Source: Desulfocapsa sulfexigens DSM 10523 (GTDB lineage Bacteria > Desulfobacterota > Desulfobulbia > Desulfobulbales > Desulfocapsaceae). Taken from it: a stretch of 32,000 bases of DNA. Position numbers and translations under genes: made by a program. The notes beneath the pieces were generated by a model. The model did not search any database. It saw only the letters and a program-made list of their open reading frames with translations, and was not told the DNA's origin. Positions 1-10,079 of the stretch are shown here, piece after piece; the stretch's first letter is position 1; each line of letters opens with the position of its first letter. Where the stretch lies: assembly GCF_000341395.1 (NCBI RefSeq), contig NC_020304.1, positions 1,980,001 through 2,012,000 on the forward strand. The letters are read 5' to 3'.

Positions 1-1124
1 GTGGAGCAGTGGAGTATTGCGCAGTAAGTCTGCCCGAGGATACCATACTTCTTGTTCTGCCGGCCGATCATCTGATTCTTCGTAAGGCGGTGTTTCAAGA
101 GGTGGTGGCCGAGGCCGTCAGGCTTGCAGTAGAAGGGAAAATAGTCACATTCGGTATTGAGCCCCAGCATCCTGAAACCGGTTATGGCTACATAGAAAAA
201 GGGGAAGGAAGTTCTGTCAGATCCTTTCGCGAAAAACCTGATTATGAAACCGCAAAGTCCTATCTTGAGAAGGGAAATTATTTATGGAACTCTGGAATGT
301 TTGCTTTTAGCATTAAAACGTTCCGGGAAGAGATGGAACGGCTTGCCCCTGAAATGGTATCCTGCATGAGAGAATCTGTTCTGCTTGGCAAGAGAGATGG
401 AAGCTTTTTCAGGTTGGATGAGGCTGCTATGTCCCGTAGCCCGAGTGATTCCATCGATTATGCGCTCATGGAGAAGACGGATCGGGCCGCAGTGGTTGCG
501 GCTGATCTCGACTGGAGCGACATTGGCTCCTGGCATGCCCTGTGGGAAGTTTCCGCCAAAGACAAAGATGGTAATGTTACCAAGGGCGACGTTATTCTGG
601 AGGACACAAAAAACTGCCTGATACGCTCTGAAGACACTCTTGTGGCCACCGTTGGGCTGGAGGATATTCTTGTCGTTGAAACATCCGATGCTGTTTTGGT
701 GGCACCTCTTTCCCGGGCTCAGGATGTTAAAAAGATTGTTGCGAGACTAAAAAAAGACAGCAGGAGTGAGTTCAAGCTTCATCGTACAGTATACAGGCCC
801 TGGGGCAGTTATACCGTGCTTGAGCAGCATGAACGGTATCAGATAAAACGTATTACCGTGAGTCCCGGTTCAAAACTTTCCCTGCAGATGCATCATCACC
901 GCCATGAGCATTGGGTTGTGGTTTCGGGAACGGCACGTATTACAAATGGCGAGAAGGTTTTTCTCCTGTACGAAAATCAGTCAACCTATATTCCTGCTGG
1001 CGTCAATCATCGCCTGGAGAACCCAGGGGTTATGGATCTTGAATTGATTGAGGTGCAGAATGGGAGTTATCTGGGTGAGGATGATATCGTGCGGTTTGAG
1101 GACGATTACGGTCGTGGTGAGTAG
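1..1124 (+). CDS. manC: Mannose-1-phosphate guanylyltransferase / mannose-6-phosphate isomerase (type II PMI), 5' end outside the window
   Basis: The frame is open to the window edge. It lacks the N-terminal nucleotide-binding motif (upstream of the window) but contains VLPADHLI, the NSGMF region and a C-terminal cupin: VYRPWGSYTVLEQ...YQIKRITVSPGSKLSLQMHHHRHEHWVVVSGTA. Confidence 0.93.
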   Translation, partial: GAVEYCAVSLPEDTILLVLPADHLILRKAVFQEVVAEAVRLAVEGKIVTFGIEPQHPETGYGYIEKGEGSSVRSFREKPDYETAKSYLEKGNYLWNSGMFAFSIKTFREEMERLAPEMVSCMRESVLLGKRDGSFFRLDEAAMSRSPSDSIDYALMEKTDRAAVVAADLDWSDIGSWHALWEVSAKDKDGNVTKGDVILEDTKNCLIRSEDTLVATVGLEDILVVETSDAVLVAPLSRAQDVKKIVARLKKDSRSEFKLHRTVYRPWGSYTVLEQHERYQIKRITVSPGSKLSLQMHHHRHEHWVVVSGTARITNGEKVFLLYENQSTYIPAGVNHRLENPGVMDLELIEVQNGSYLGEDDIVRFEDDYGRGE

Positions 1125-1240
1125 GAATACTTTCTAAGCACCTCAGTTGCTCATGATCGCTTCATTTCATATGATGTAACTTCTGTGAGCCGATCACGAG
1201 CGCTGAGAGTGACGCTAAGTCCTTATGAAGAGGGCTCCTC

Positions 1241-2341
1241 CTATGAATGTTCTGGAAATAATTTATGTATTGCCTCTTTATTGGCTGCGACAACTCCCCG
1301 TTCTGTGATAAGGCCAGTCACCAGGCGTGCTGGCGTGATATCAAAGCTGTAGTTCAGTGCCCGGGTTCCAGGCGCGGTAAGTTGTACCGTCTCAATCCTG
1401 CCGTTATCGGTCAGGCCACTGATGGTGGTGACTTCATCGCCTGAACGCTCTTCAATGGGGATGTCGCTGCCATTGCTAATATTCCAGTCAAATGTGGAAG
1501 AGGGCAGGGCAACATAAAAAGGAATGTTGTTGTCATGAGCGGCCAGTGCTTTCAGGTAGGTTCCTATTTTATTTGCCACATCTCCTGTATGGGTGGTTCT
1601 GTCGGTTCCCACAATTACCATATCTACCATCTTCTGCTGCATAAGATGTCCTCCTGCGTTATCCGTTATCAGGGTGCAGGGTATTCCTTCCTGCTGCAGT
1701 TCCCAGGCAGTTAGTTTTGCCCCCTGGTTCCAGGGGCGTGTCTCGTCGACCCACACATGGACATCTATCCCGGCGTCCCTCGCCGCATAAATAGGAGCAG
1801 TTGCGCTCCCGTAGTCTACAAAGGCAAGCCAACCGGCATTGCAGTGGGTGAGGATATTGACAGTCCCACCACTCTTAGCCGTACTTATGTCCCTGATGAT
1901 CCCAGATCCATGTTGTCCGAGTGCCTTGCAGAAGGCAGCATCTTCGTCGGCAATTTCACAGGCTGTTTCAAAGACAATTCTTTTTTTGTCCTCCTCATCG
2001 GTTCCCTGCTCTGCTGCTTTGAGCACTCGATCAACTGCCCATTTAAGGTTTCTTGCTGTAGGTCTGCTTTTGTCGAGACGCTGACCACCATCTGCAAGGG
2101 CATTGGCCAGTTGACCAGGTCTGGCCTGCGCTGCTGCAAGGTGCATCCCAAAACCTGCTGTTGCCCCGATCAGGCCGGCTCCTCGTACGTGCATGTCCCG
2201 GATAGCCGTTATGGCGTCATCAACAGTGCAGAGAGATTCAATGATAAATTGATGAGGAAGTTTTCTCTGGTCAATGATCATAATCGTGTTGCTGTCGTCT
2301 GTTGGCCAGATTGTTCTGTAATGCTGATTTTTTATGTTCAT
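1241..2341 (-). CDS. mtnA: S-methyl-5-thioribose-1-phosphate isomerase
   Basis: 366 aa. Motifs IIDQRKLPHQFIIESL, IRDMHVRGAGLIGATAGFGM, ILTHCNAGWLA, VDETRPWNQGAKLTAWEL, VGTDR and NKIGTYLKALAAH are typical of MtnA/eIF2B-like proteins. Confidence 0.93.
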   Translation of the reverse strand: MNIKNQHYRTIWPTDDSNTIMIIDQRKLPHQFIIESLCTVDDAITAIRDMHVRGAGLIGATAGFGMHLAAAQARPGQLANALADGGQRLDKSRPTARNLKWAVDRVLKAAEQGTDEEDKKRIVFETACEIADEDAAFCKALGQHGSGIIRDISTAKSGGTVNILTHCNAGWLAFVDYGSATAPIYAARDAGIDVHVWVDETRPWNQGAKLTAWELQQEGIPCTLITDNAGGHLMQQKMVDMVIVGTDRTTHTGDVANKIGTYLKALAAHDNNIPFYVALPSSTFDWNISNGSDIPIEERSGDEVTTISGLTDNGRIETVQLTAPGTRALNYSFDITPARLVTGLITERGVVAANKEAIHKLFPEHS

Positions 2342-2601
2342 GTTTGTGGTGTTTTAGTGAATTGTTTTTGTGAGACTAGCCGTGGAGGCTTCCCCTGAAA
2401 AGATAAACCATCGATTCTGCTTTAACAAGAGTCGTTCGGTTTTTGTCTGAATCGTGGTGTCGCTGTAAAGTTACAAGTTTGCAATATTTTCCGAGAATCG
2501 TTACAAAAATGTCACAATAACCATCCTGTATGTTTCTCTCTGAAATGAAAAAATGATTTTGAATGACCTTGCTGTTGGAGTGTTAGAGGTTCTCTGGCAT
2601 T

Positions 2602-2618
2602 CTGGCACGACTGTTGTA
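2602..2618 (+). promoter_or_regulatory. Putative sigma-54 (-24/-12) promoter of the amtB-PII-glnD block
   Basis: CTGGCACGACTGTTGTA matches YTGGCACGRNNNTTGCW with one mismatch and correct spacing, upstream of amtB. Confidence 0.6.
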
Positions 2619-2798
2619 AGGAGGGGATAATTTTCTGTCTCTCTTGTGAAAATGTTTGTGGGGAGCACAGGTGGCAGGAGATGAAAACAACATATAGAGG
2701 ATTGCAGGTATGGATTGGAAGAGCCGTTTCTGTGATTTATTCAAAATTCGGGGGTTCTTTTCGGGAATCTTTCGAGTCTACATCCAGGGAGAAGAAAA

Positions 2799-4022
2799 AT
2801 GATTAGCGCTGCAGATACAGCCTTTATTCTGGCAGCGGCAGGACTGGTGTTGTTGATGACACCGGGGCTTGCCCTTTTTTACGCAGGAATGGTACGAAGT
2901 AAAAATGTTCTCGGTACCATGATGCAAAGTTTTTTTATGATAGCGCTTATCTCCATAGAATGGGTGTACCTTGGTTACTCCATGTCTTTTGGGCCGGATG
3001 TTGGTGGGGTGATTGGCGATCTTTCCTGGTTTGCTTTAAGTGGTGTGACGACTGCACCGAGCGCAGATTATGCGACAACCATTCCGCAGATCGTTTTTAT
3101 GATTTATCAGTGTATGTTTGCCATAATAACTCCGGCACTTATTACAGGAGCTTTTGCGGAGAGGGTTCGTTTCGTGCCGTTTCTTGTCTTTGCCTTTCTG
3201 TGGGCTGTTTTTGTCTATAATCCTGTTTGCCACTGGGTCTGGGGGAAGGGGGGCTGGCTTGGAAGTATGGGAGTCATGGATTTTGCCGGTGGCCTGGTTG
3301 TTCATGTGACATGTGGCGCGGCGGCTTTCGCTTCAATCCTCGTCATTGGGCCACGGCGCGGTTTTGGGAAGCGAAGTTTTATCCCCCACAGTCTGCCTCT
3401 CACGTTTATTGGAACAGGGCTACTCTGGTTTGGCTGGTTTGGCTTTAACGGCGGGTCGGCCCTTGCTGCAGATGAAGTGGCAGCTACTGCTTTTGTAGCA
3501 ACTCATCTTGCGGGTATGGCCGGTATGCTTATGTGGGTGATTGTTGAATGGGTTGTCCTTCGGCGCGCAACCACCCTTGGTGCGATGTCGGGTGCTATTG
3601 CGGGACTTGCAACCATTACTCCTGCTGCAGGCTTTGTCGGACCCAATTCTGCAATCATCATTGGATGTATTGCTGGTCTGGTCTGCTTTGGAGCCGTGAA
3701 CTTAAAAGTGAAATTGAAACTGGATGATTCTCTGGATGTTGTCGGGATTCATGGTGTGGGAGGAGCCGTTGGAACACTCTGCCTTGGGATTTTTGCTTCA
3801 ACCGCCGTGAATCCAGGCGGTGTCGATGGCCTGCTTGCCGGGAATATGGCTCAACTTTGGAAACAGGCTTTTGGGGTTGTCGTTGTGGGAGGATACACCT
3901 TGATTGTGAGCTGGATATTGTTGAAAGTCGTACACATTACCCTGGGTCTGAGAGTTTCTGAAGAGGCTGAGGTGGGAGGTGTTGATTATGCCGAGCATTC
4001 CGAAAATGCATACAATAGTTAG
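2799..4022 (+). CDS. amtB: Ammonium transporter
   Basis: 407 aa polytopic protein: AADTAFILAAAGLVLLMTPGLALFYAGMVRSKN, DFAGGLVVHVTCG, LLWFGWFGFNGGSA, DVVGIHGVGGAVG. Confidence 0.97.
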   Translation: MISAADTAFILAAAGLVLLMTPGLALFYAGMVRSKNVLGTMMQSFFMIALISIEWVYLGYSMSFGPDVGGVIGDLSWFALSGVTTAPSADYATTIPQIVFMIYQCMFAIITPALITGAFAERVRFVPFLVFAFLWAVFVYNPVCHWVWGKGGWLGSMGVMDFAGGLVVHVTCGAAAFASILVIGPRRGFGKRSFIPHSLPLTFIGTGLLWFGWFGFNGGSALAADEVAATAFVATHLAGMAGMLMWVIVEWVVLRRATTLGAMSGAIAGLATITPAAGFVGPNSAIIIGCIAGLVCFGAVNLKVKLKLDDSLDVVGIHGVGGAVGTLCLGIFASTAVNPGGVDGLLAGNMAQLWKQAFGVVVVGGYTLIVSWILLKVVHITLGLRVSEEAEVGGVDYAEHSENAYNS

Positions 4023-4268
4023 CCCGGATTTCTTACGAGTCGAGATGACCATAGATGTGAGGAACGAGCAAGAAGTATGGGTTAAGTAGGAACTGATCAC
4101 TAAGTAGAGAAAAAAGAGCAGTGTTTGTCTGTTTTACTGCAACCTTCTGTTCTTTGGCCTGTTCAGTTGTGTGAACTTTTGGTATCCTGCAGATGGTGAC
4201 GGTTCTACGGAGAAAGTTGATATGCTGTGTAGCGCTCCAGTGAAGAAATACTTTGGAATAAGAGGTGA

Positions 4269-4610
<342 letters not shown>

Positions 4611-4754
4611 AAGAAGCTTAGGAGTCGTCACGGAATAACATGGTCGTTTGTATCGATTTCGTTACGACTCTTTATGTCGCGCTGGTTCCTTCAATGCTCA
4701 TGTTGTTTTTTCTCAGCTGCTTAATTTGCAGTGTAAACCCTTTTGTGTGAATCC

Positions 4755-7322
4755 ATGTCCCAACTACGTGCTCAAAGAGAAACACTTGAGGAGTTATGGA
4801 AGAAGGGGTTGAGTGGTCAGGCTCTGCTTCTCGAGCAAAGTCGACTGGTTGATGGGTTTATTGCCACTCATTTCAATGCTGCGGCAAGTGAAAAAGCCAC
4901 AAAAGGAGTTGCCCTTGTAGCTCTTGGCGGATACGGGCGCAGTGAGCTTTTTCCATATTCTGATATCGATCTTCTAATTCTTTTTAGAGAAGATGCGAAA
5001 GAGGAAATGGAAAAAATTGCAAATGGTGTACTGTATCCTCTTTGGGATACCGGGCTTGAAGTGGGGCACAGTGTCCGAACTTTGGAAGAGTGTTTGGATT
5101 TTGCAAAAGAAGATTTCTTCTTTCAAGTTGCCATGCTCGACGCTCGTCTCCTGGTAGGGTCAAATAGGCTTTTTGATGAGCTCCTTGTTCGCTACAGGAC
5201 TCAATTTATAGAAGGCTCACGGGATGAGTTTGTTCATGCCATGAAAACCTTTCGCAGTGACCGAAGAAAGCGTTTTGGCAGCCACAGCTACCTCCTTGAA
5301 CCAAACATTAAAGAAAGCAAGGGTGGAATGCGGGATATCCAGGCCATGCTCTGGACTGCCGCCTTTGTTTTCGGGTTGGTAGATCTCGACGCAATAACTG
5401 GAGCGGGAATACTTCTTGAAGAGGAGAGGGATGCCTTTGGTGAGTCCTGGAATATGCTCACCAGGGTACGGAATCGTCTCCATTATATCAGTGGCAGAAA
5501 GAATGATCAGCTCTACTTTGAGCAGCAGGAAGAGGTTGCTACCGCCTTTGGGTATCAGGCTCAAGATGGGGTGCTCGGGGTGGAGCATTTTATGCGGGAT
5601 CTCTATGGGCATCTGCAGGTCATTGCCGTTACCACTGATCTCTTTTTTGATCATGTGGATGATGTTCTCGGTTTTGCCAGTGGAAAAGGGGCAAGGCTGC
5701 AGGTTGTAGAGAAAGGAATAGAGTGTCGGAATAATCGAATTCATCTTACGACCTCGGAAGAGGATCTGAAGAGTCGACCTTATCTGTTGATGCGTTGTTT
5801 TCTTGCCTCTGCAAAAACTGGTTTTCCTCTTCATCACAGAACCAGAAAAATGATCACTGGGAATCTGGACCTGGTGACAGACAAGATGAGAAGTTCGGCG
5901 CGAATGTCCAAGCCATTTTTTGAGATTCTTGAAAGTGGTGAGGATGTTTTGACGGTGCTTGAAGTTATGCTCGAAACGGGTTTGCTCTCCGCGTATATCC
6001 CGGAGTTCGGAAATATTGAGTTACTGGTTCAGCATGATATTTACCATATATACACTGTTGATCGGCATTTGTTGCAGAGTGTTGCAGATTTGCAGGAGGT
6101 TACCAGAAGTGAAGAGTCAGTTTTTCAGACCATAGCGTCACCGCACGTCCTGTTTCTTGCGACTCTGCTTCATGATATTGGAAAGGGTTCCGGGGGGGAT
6201 CACTCAAATATTGGGGCAGAGATGGTTGGTGCGGTAGGAAGGCGTCTGGGGCTGAACGATGCTGAGTGTGCCTGCCTTGAGTTTGTTGTTCGCTATCATC
6301 TGTTTATGCCCGAAAGTGCCCTGCGTCGGGACTTGAATGATGAGCAGTTTGTGCAGCGCTGTGCAGAAACAATTGGAGATACTGAACGTCTCGCCATGCT
6401 ATACCTGATATCGGTTGCGGATGCTCGTGCCACTGGTCCTTCAGCCTGGAGTGACTGGAAGGGGGCGCTTCTATATGAGATGTATATGAAGGTTCACCCG
6501 TATCTTCAGTTTCAGGCAGTGGATGATGTGCTACCGATGGTGGATCAGGGGCTTGACTGGTTGCGTGAGCAGGTTGCCTCTCTTATTGGTGATGAGAGAG
6601 AGTGCGGAGTGACGGTGGATGATTTTCCTCCTGACTATTTGCTAAGCTTTACCCCTGAGGCCGTTGCTGCACATGTTCGGATACGTTGTGAGAATTACAA
6701 GGTGCTCCAACAGAAAGCTATAATTTTTCCTCGCAAACGGCAGGCGCAGTGGTCGCTCCTTATTATGTGCCGGGATCGCCGTGGATTGCTGGCGAAAATT
6801 TGTGGAGTACTTGGCCTTCACAATCTGTCAGTGCTTAATGCCCAAATTTTTACCTGGAAGGATGGAAGCGCCGTGGATATTCTCGATGTCCTTCCTGAAG
6901 ATGGTGTTGAGTATGAAGAGAAGGATTGGCAGGCGATAAATGATGATCTTAACCTGGCCTTGAATCATCGACTTGGGCTCGGTCACAGGTTGTATAAAAA
7001 ACTTTCCTCTGGTATTGGCAGAGCTAAACGTTCTACAGGAACGAACGAAATTAGAGTAGTGGTGGATAATAAGGCATCTGACAACTACACTGTCGTGGAA
7101 GTATATTCGGATGACAGTCCTGGGCAGTTGTATCGTATAACTCAGACTCTTGCCGATTTTGGGATAAACATCTATCGGGCTTTCATCGCAACGGAGGTTG
7201 AGCAGCTTATTGATGTTTTTTATGTGCTGGACAGTCAGCAGGAAAAGATAGTGGAGCCTGCATTTATCAAGGAATTGCGAGATGGCGTTCTCTATGCAAT
7301 AGGCGGTGGATTGCAGGGGTAG
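4755..7322 (+). CDS. glnD: [Protein-PII] uridylyltransferase / uridylyl-removing enzyme
   Basis: Nucleotidyltransferase motif GGYGRSELFPYSDIDLL, HD motif LLHDIGKG and two C-terminal ACT-like regions. The ORF track starts at TTG 4743; ATG at 4755 looks more likely. Confidence 0.94.
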   Translation: MSQLRAQRETLEELWKKGLSGQALLLEQSRLVDGFIATHFNAAASEKATKGVALVALGGYGRSELFPYSDIDLLILFREDAKEEMEKIANGVLYPLWDTGLEVGHSVRTLEECLDFAKEDFFFQVAMLDARLLVGSNRLFDELLVRYRTQFIEGSRDEFVHAMKTFRSDRRKRFGSHSYLLEPNIKESKGGMRDIQAMLWTAAFVFGLVDLDAITGAGILLEEERDAFGESWNMLTRVRNRLHYISGRKNDQLYFEQQEEVATAFGYQAQDGVLGVEHFMRDLYGHLQVIAVTTDLFFDHVDDVLGFASGKGARLQVVEKGIECRNNRIHLTTSEEDLKSRPYLLMRCFLASAKTGFPLHHRTRKMITGNLDLVTDKMRSSARMSKPFFEILESGEDVLTVLEVMLETGLLSAYIPEFGNIELLVQHDIYHIYTVDRHLLQSVADLQEVTRSEESVFQTIASPHVLFLATLLHDIGKGSGGDHSNIGAEMVGAVGRRLGLNDAECACLEFVVRYHLFMPESALRRDLNDEQFVQRCAETIGDTERLAMLYLISVADARATGPSAWSDWKGALLYEMYMKVHPYLQFQAVDDVLPMVDQGLDWLREQVASLIGDERECGVTVDDFPPDYLLSFTPEAVAAHVRIRCENYKVLQQKAIIFPRKRQAQWSLLIMCRDRRGLLAKICGVLGLHNLSVLNAQIFTWKDGSAVDILDVLPEDGVEYEEKDWQAINDDLNLALNHRLGLGHRLYKKLSSGIGRAKRSTGTNEIRVVVDNKASDNYTVVEVYSDDSPGQLYRITQTLADFGINIYRAFIATEVEQLIDVFYVLDSQQEKIVEPAFIKELRDGVLYAIGGGLQG

Positions 7323-7519
7323 AAAATTACATTTATGTAAACAAAAATATTTTCATTTTATTTATTTTCGCAAAATGGTAATGAATAGGTGTTTCTTATA
7401 GGCGTTCCATTTAAGAACGAAAATACGGCTACAAACCCATACGGGAAATTTCTTTCATTCGCCTTTAATCTGGTAAAATGAGAGAAGTATATTCAACTTT
7501 TAGTAAAGGAGACCAAACG

Positions 7520-8848
7520 ATGACCAGAGATGACATTATGAGAACTATCGAGGAGGAAAATATTCACTATTTCCGCCTTCAGTTTGTTGATATTTTCGGT
7601 TTTATGAAAAATGTTGCTATTCCACGCAGCCAGATAGAGAAGGCACTCGACGGCCAGATGATGTTTGATGGGTCATCCATCGATGGTTTCGTCCGTATTA
7701 ACGAATCTGATATGTACCTTAAGCCGGATTATAATACCTTTACCATTCTTCCCTGGAGAAATCAGGATGGTATTGCAGCAGCAAGGATTATCTGTGATGT
7801 GGCGAAATCCGACGGATCTCCTTTTGCTGGGTGCCCACGTAATAACCTGAAACGTGTTCTTGCAGAGGCAAAAGAGCTTGGCTACACCATGAATGTGGGT
7901 ACCGAAGCTGAGTTCTTCCTCTTTGAAAAAGACGAAGAAGGACGTGCTACCACTATCACCAATGATGTTGCCGGATACTTCAGCCTTGATCCCGAGGATA
8001 CCGGAAACGATTGTCGCCGTGAGATTATCGAGACCCTTGAAGAAATGGGTTTTGAGATTGAGGCGTCTCATCATGAGGTTGCAGAAGGTCAGCATGAGAT
8101 TAACTTCAAATATGCCGATGCACTCACTGCTGCTGATAATACTATCACCTTTAAGTGGGTAGTTAAGTCTATTGCTGCACGTTATGGGCTGTATGCCACC
8201 TTTATGCCAAAGCCAATTTTTGGAATCAATGGTTCAGGTATGCACACCAACCAGTCACTGTTTAATGCAGATGGTACCAATGCTTTTTTTGACGAGAATG
8301 GCCCCCTCAAACTTTCAGAGGTTGCCTACCAGTACATTGCGGGAGCTTTGAAGAACGCCCGTGGTTTTGCAGCGGTTACTAATCCATTAGTAAACTCCTA
8401 TAAGCGTCTTGTTCCAGGATACGAGGCTCCTGTTTATGCTGCATGGTCTGCATCTAACCGTTCTGCCCTTGTTCGTATTCCAGCTTCTCGTGGAATGGGA
8501 ACCCGTACTGAGATTCGATGTCCCGATCCAACCTGTAACCCATATCTTGCACTGGCAATGATGCTGAATTCAGGTCTTGACGGAGTGAAGAATAAACTGA
8601 CACCTCCACCTGCAGTTAATAAAGATATCTTTAAGATGTCTTCTGCTGAAATGGATGAGGTAGGTATCAAGGTAATGCCAGGTAGCCTGAAAGAGGCCAT
8701 CGAAGAACTTAAAAATAACCCAATTGCCGAGGCTACTCTTGGTTCTCATATCTTCGAGAAGTATATTGAAGCGAAGGAAGCTGAGTGGGATCGCTATCGT
8801 ACTGCGGTTACCGATTGGGAGCTTGATGAGTATCTTGATATTTATTAG
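7520..8848 (+). CDS. glnA: Type I glutamine synthetase (GSI-alpha-like)
   Basis: RNWWN-type motifs are present in altered form; [21 protein letters not shown] and [16 protein letters not shown] are typical. ATG at 7520 is preceded by AAAGGAG; the 7478 start in the ORF track adds 14 likely untranslated codons. Confidence 0.95.
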   Translation: MTRDDIMRTIEEENIHYFRLQFVDIFGFMKNVAIPRSQIEKALDGQMMFDGSSIDGFVRINESDMYLKPDYNTFTILPWRNQDGIAAARIICDVAKSDGSPFAGCPRNNLKRVLAEAKELGYTMNVGTEAEFFLFEKDEEGRATTITNDVAGYFSLDPEDTGNDCRREIIETLEEMGFEIEASHHEVAEGQHEINFKYADALTAADNTITFKWVVKSIAARYGLYATFMPKPIFGINGSGMHTNQSLFNADGTNAFFDENGPLKLSEVAYQYIAGALKNARGFAAVTNPLVNSYKRLVPGYEAPVYAAWSASNRSALVRIPASRGMGTRTEIRCPDPTCNPYLALAMMLNSGLDGVKNKLTPPPAVNKDIFKMSSAEMDEVGIKVMPGSLKEAIEELKNNPIAEATLGSHIFEKYIEAKEAEWDRYRTAVTDWELDEYLDIY

Positions 8849-8887
8849 TAGTAGTTCTTTGTAAGAAACTTGGTCTAAAAATAAAAG

Positions 8888-8924
8888 AAAGACCGTTAGC
8901 TCTTGGCTGACGGTCTTTTTTTTT
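8888..8924 (+). terminator. Rho-independent terminator of glnA
   Basis: AAAGACCGTTAGC-TCTTG-GCTGACGGTCTTT: 13-bp stem with one G-U pair and a 5-nt loop, then a T-run. Confidence 0.93.
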
Positions 8925-9070
8925 GTTTAACGAAAGGTGATCCATTGCGATTGACTGCCTTGGTTGTCTCTTTAGTGAATATTTTTTTGTCAGAGGGATT
9001 GTGTGTAGTGCTAACGATAGAAACAGTTTAGGATCCTAGTTAAAGTGACTATTTTAATTAAGTTGATGAA

Positions 9071-9099
9071 AATAGGTATGTTTACCTATTGTTTTTTTT
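9071..9099 (+). promoter_or_regulatory. Hairpin or operator-like palindrome upstream of the PEP-CTERM gene
   Basis: AATAGGTA-TGTT-TACCTATT perfect 8-bp inverted repeat followed by GTTTTTTTT. Confidence 0.4.
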
Positions 9100-9163
9100 A
9101 AAAGGATACATTACTGTTCAATATATAAGTAAAAAGATATATGTAAAATACTGGAGGTTCATC

Positions 9164-10036
9164 ATGAGAATCAAAATACTCCCTATAGTAGCAGCCGGTT
9201 TATTAGTGTGTGGTGTTATCGAATCGAATGCTACGGAATTTAATGGAAGTGCCACAGGAGAATGGGTTAGAGGGTCAGTTGTCATTGACCAAAGTCTGTG
9301 GCCAGCGAATTATACCGGCGACGTGTGGGGAATGGTTAATCAGGATGACGGTGTCACCGATCCTTTAGCTACTCCACCACCCGCTACATCTCCAGCTTTC
9401 AGTCCGTCACAAAACCCGTCTGGAAGCCCAGCTATCCCGGATGAAAGCGTGTCGCCTACGGCACTTTTCTGGTGGGGAAACCCGGGTACTGGTCTTACAC
9501 AGCCTGGCTGGGATAAGGAGTCTTCACCTAATAAATTTAATTTTGATGGCGTGGGTAGTACAGCTCCTCTTGGTGTTATGGAGACCAACGCTGGTGAGAG
9601 GTTTAAGTTTGGTGACTTTTGGTATACAAACGGAGACACATGGAGCGCCAGGGGTGTGACAGCTGTTGATTTGGCTGTTGATTTTTACATCCAAGAGATT
9701 AACAAAGAATTTACGATGTCAGGTACATTTGGGATTCTGAACACTATAAATGATGGTGGGGATGTAGATGATCTTGTTTCCCTAAGCGGATTCCAAGGAA
9801 CAACAGAATATTTCAGCTATAACAATAAAGACTATATGTTTACTGTTCTTGGTTTTTCTCAAGATGGTGGGGTCACGATAATCAATAGTTACGTAGCTCC
9901 CGAAAATAGTATAAGCTATGCAGGGTTGTATGCTGAGATAGTAGAGGTTCCAGTCCCTGAGCCAGCAACTTTTCTGCTCTTTGGTGTTGGCGTGATAGGC
10001 TTGATTGGTACGAAATTTAGAAAGAAAAACGTATAG
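9164..10036 (+). CDS. Secreted PEP-CTERM sorting domain protein
   Basis: Signal peptide MRIKILPIVAAGLLVCGVIESNA (ATG 9164 with upstream GGAGG; the ORF track's upstream start at 9089 is unlikely) and C-terminus VPVPEPATFLLFGVGVIGLIGTKFRKKNV: PEP motif, hydrophobic segment and basic tail. Confidence 0.9.
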   Translation: MRIKILPIVAAGLLVCGVIESNATEFNGSATGEWVRGSVVIDQSLWPANYTGDVWGMVNQDDGVTDPLATPPPATSPAFSPSQNPSGSPAIPDESVSPTALFWWGNPGTGLTQPGWDKESSPNKFNFDGVGSTAPLGVMETNAGERFKFGDFWYTNGDTWSARGVTAVDLAVDFYIQEINKEFTMSGTFGILNTINDGGDVDDLVSLSGFQGTTEYFSYNNKDYMFTVLGFSQDGGVTIINSYVAPENSISYAGLYAEIVEVPVPEPATFLLFGVGVIGLIGTKFRKKNV

Positions 10037-10079
10037 CAGGGTTGTGCTGTGTTGAACTCATATTGAGTGGGGTGTTATA

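Noticed and set aside
1757-2398. 213-aa plus-strand ORF opposite mtnA
   Set aside because: Antisense shadow of a well-supported enzyme gene; Cys/Ser-rich random-like translation.
4622-4670. GAGTCGT...ACGACTC inverted repeat after the PII gene, considered as a terminator
   Set aside because: Long loop (about 27-35 nt) and only TTTATG afterwards; not enough for a rho-independent terminator call.
5217-5837. 206-aa minus-strand ORF opposite glnD
   Set aside because: Antisense to a strongly supported CDS, composition of a shadow frame, no recognisable motif.
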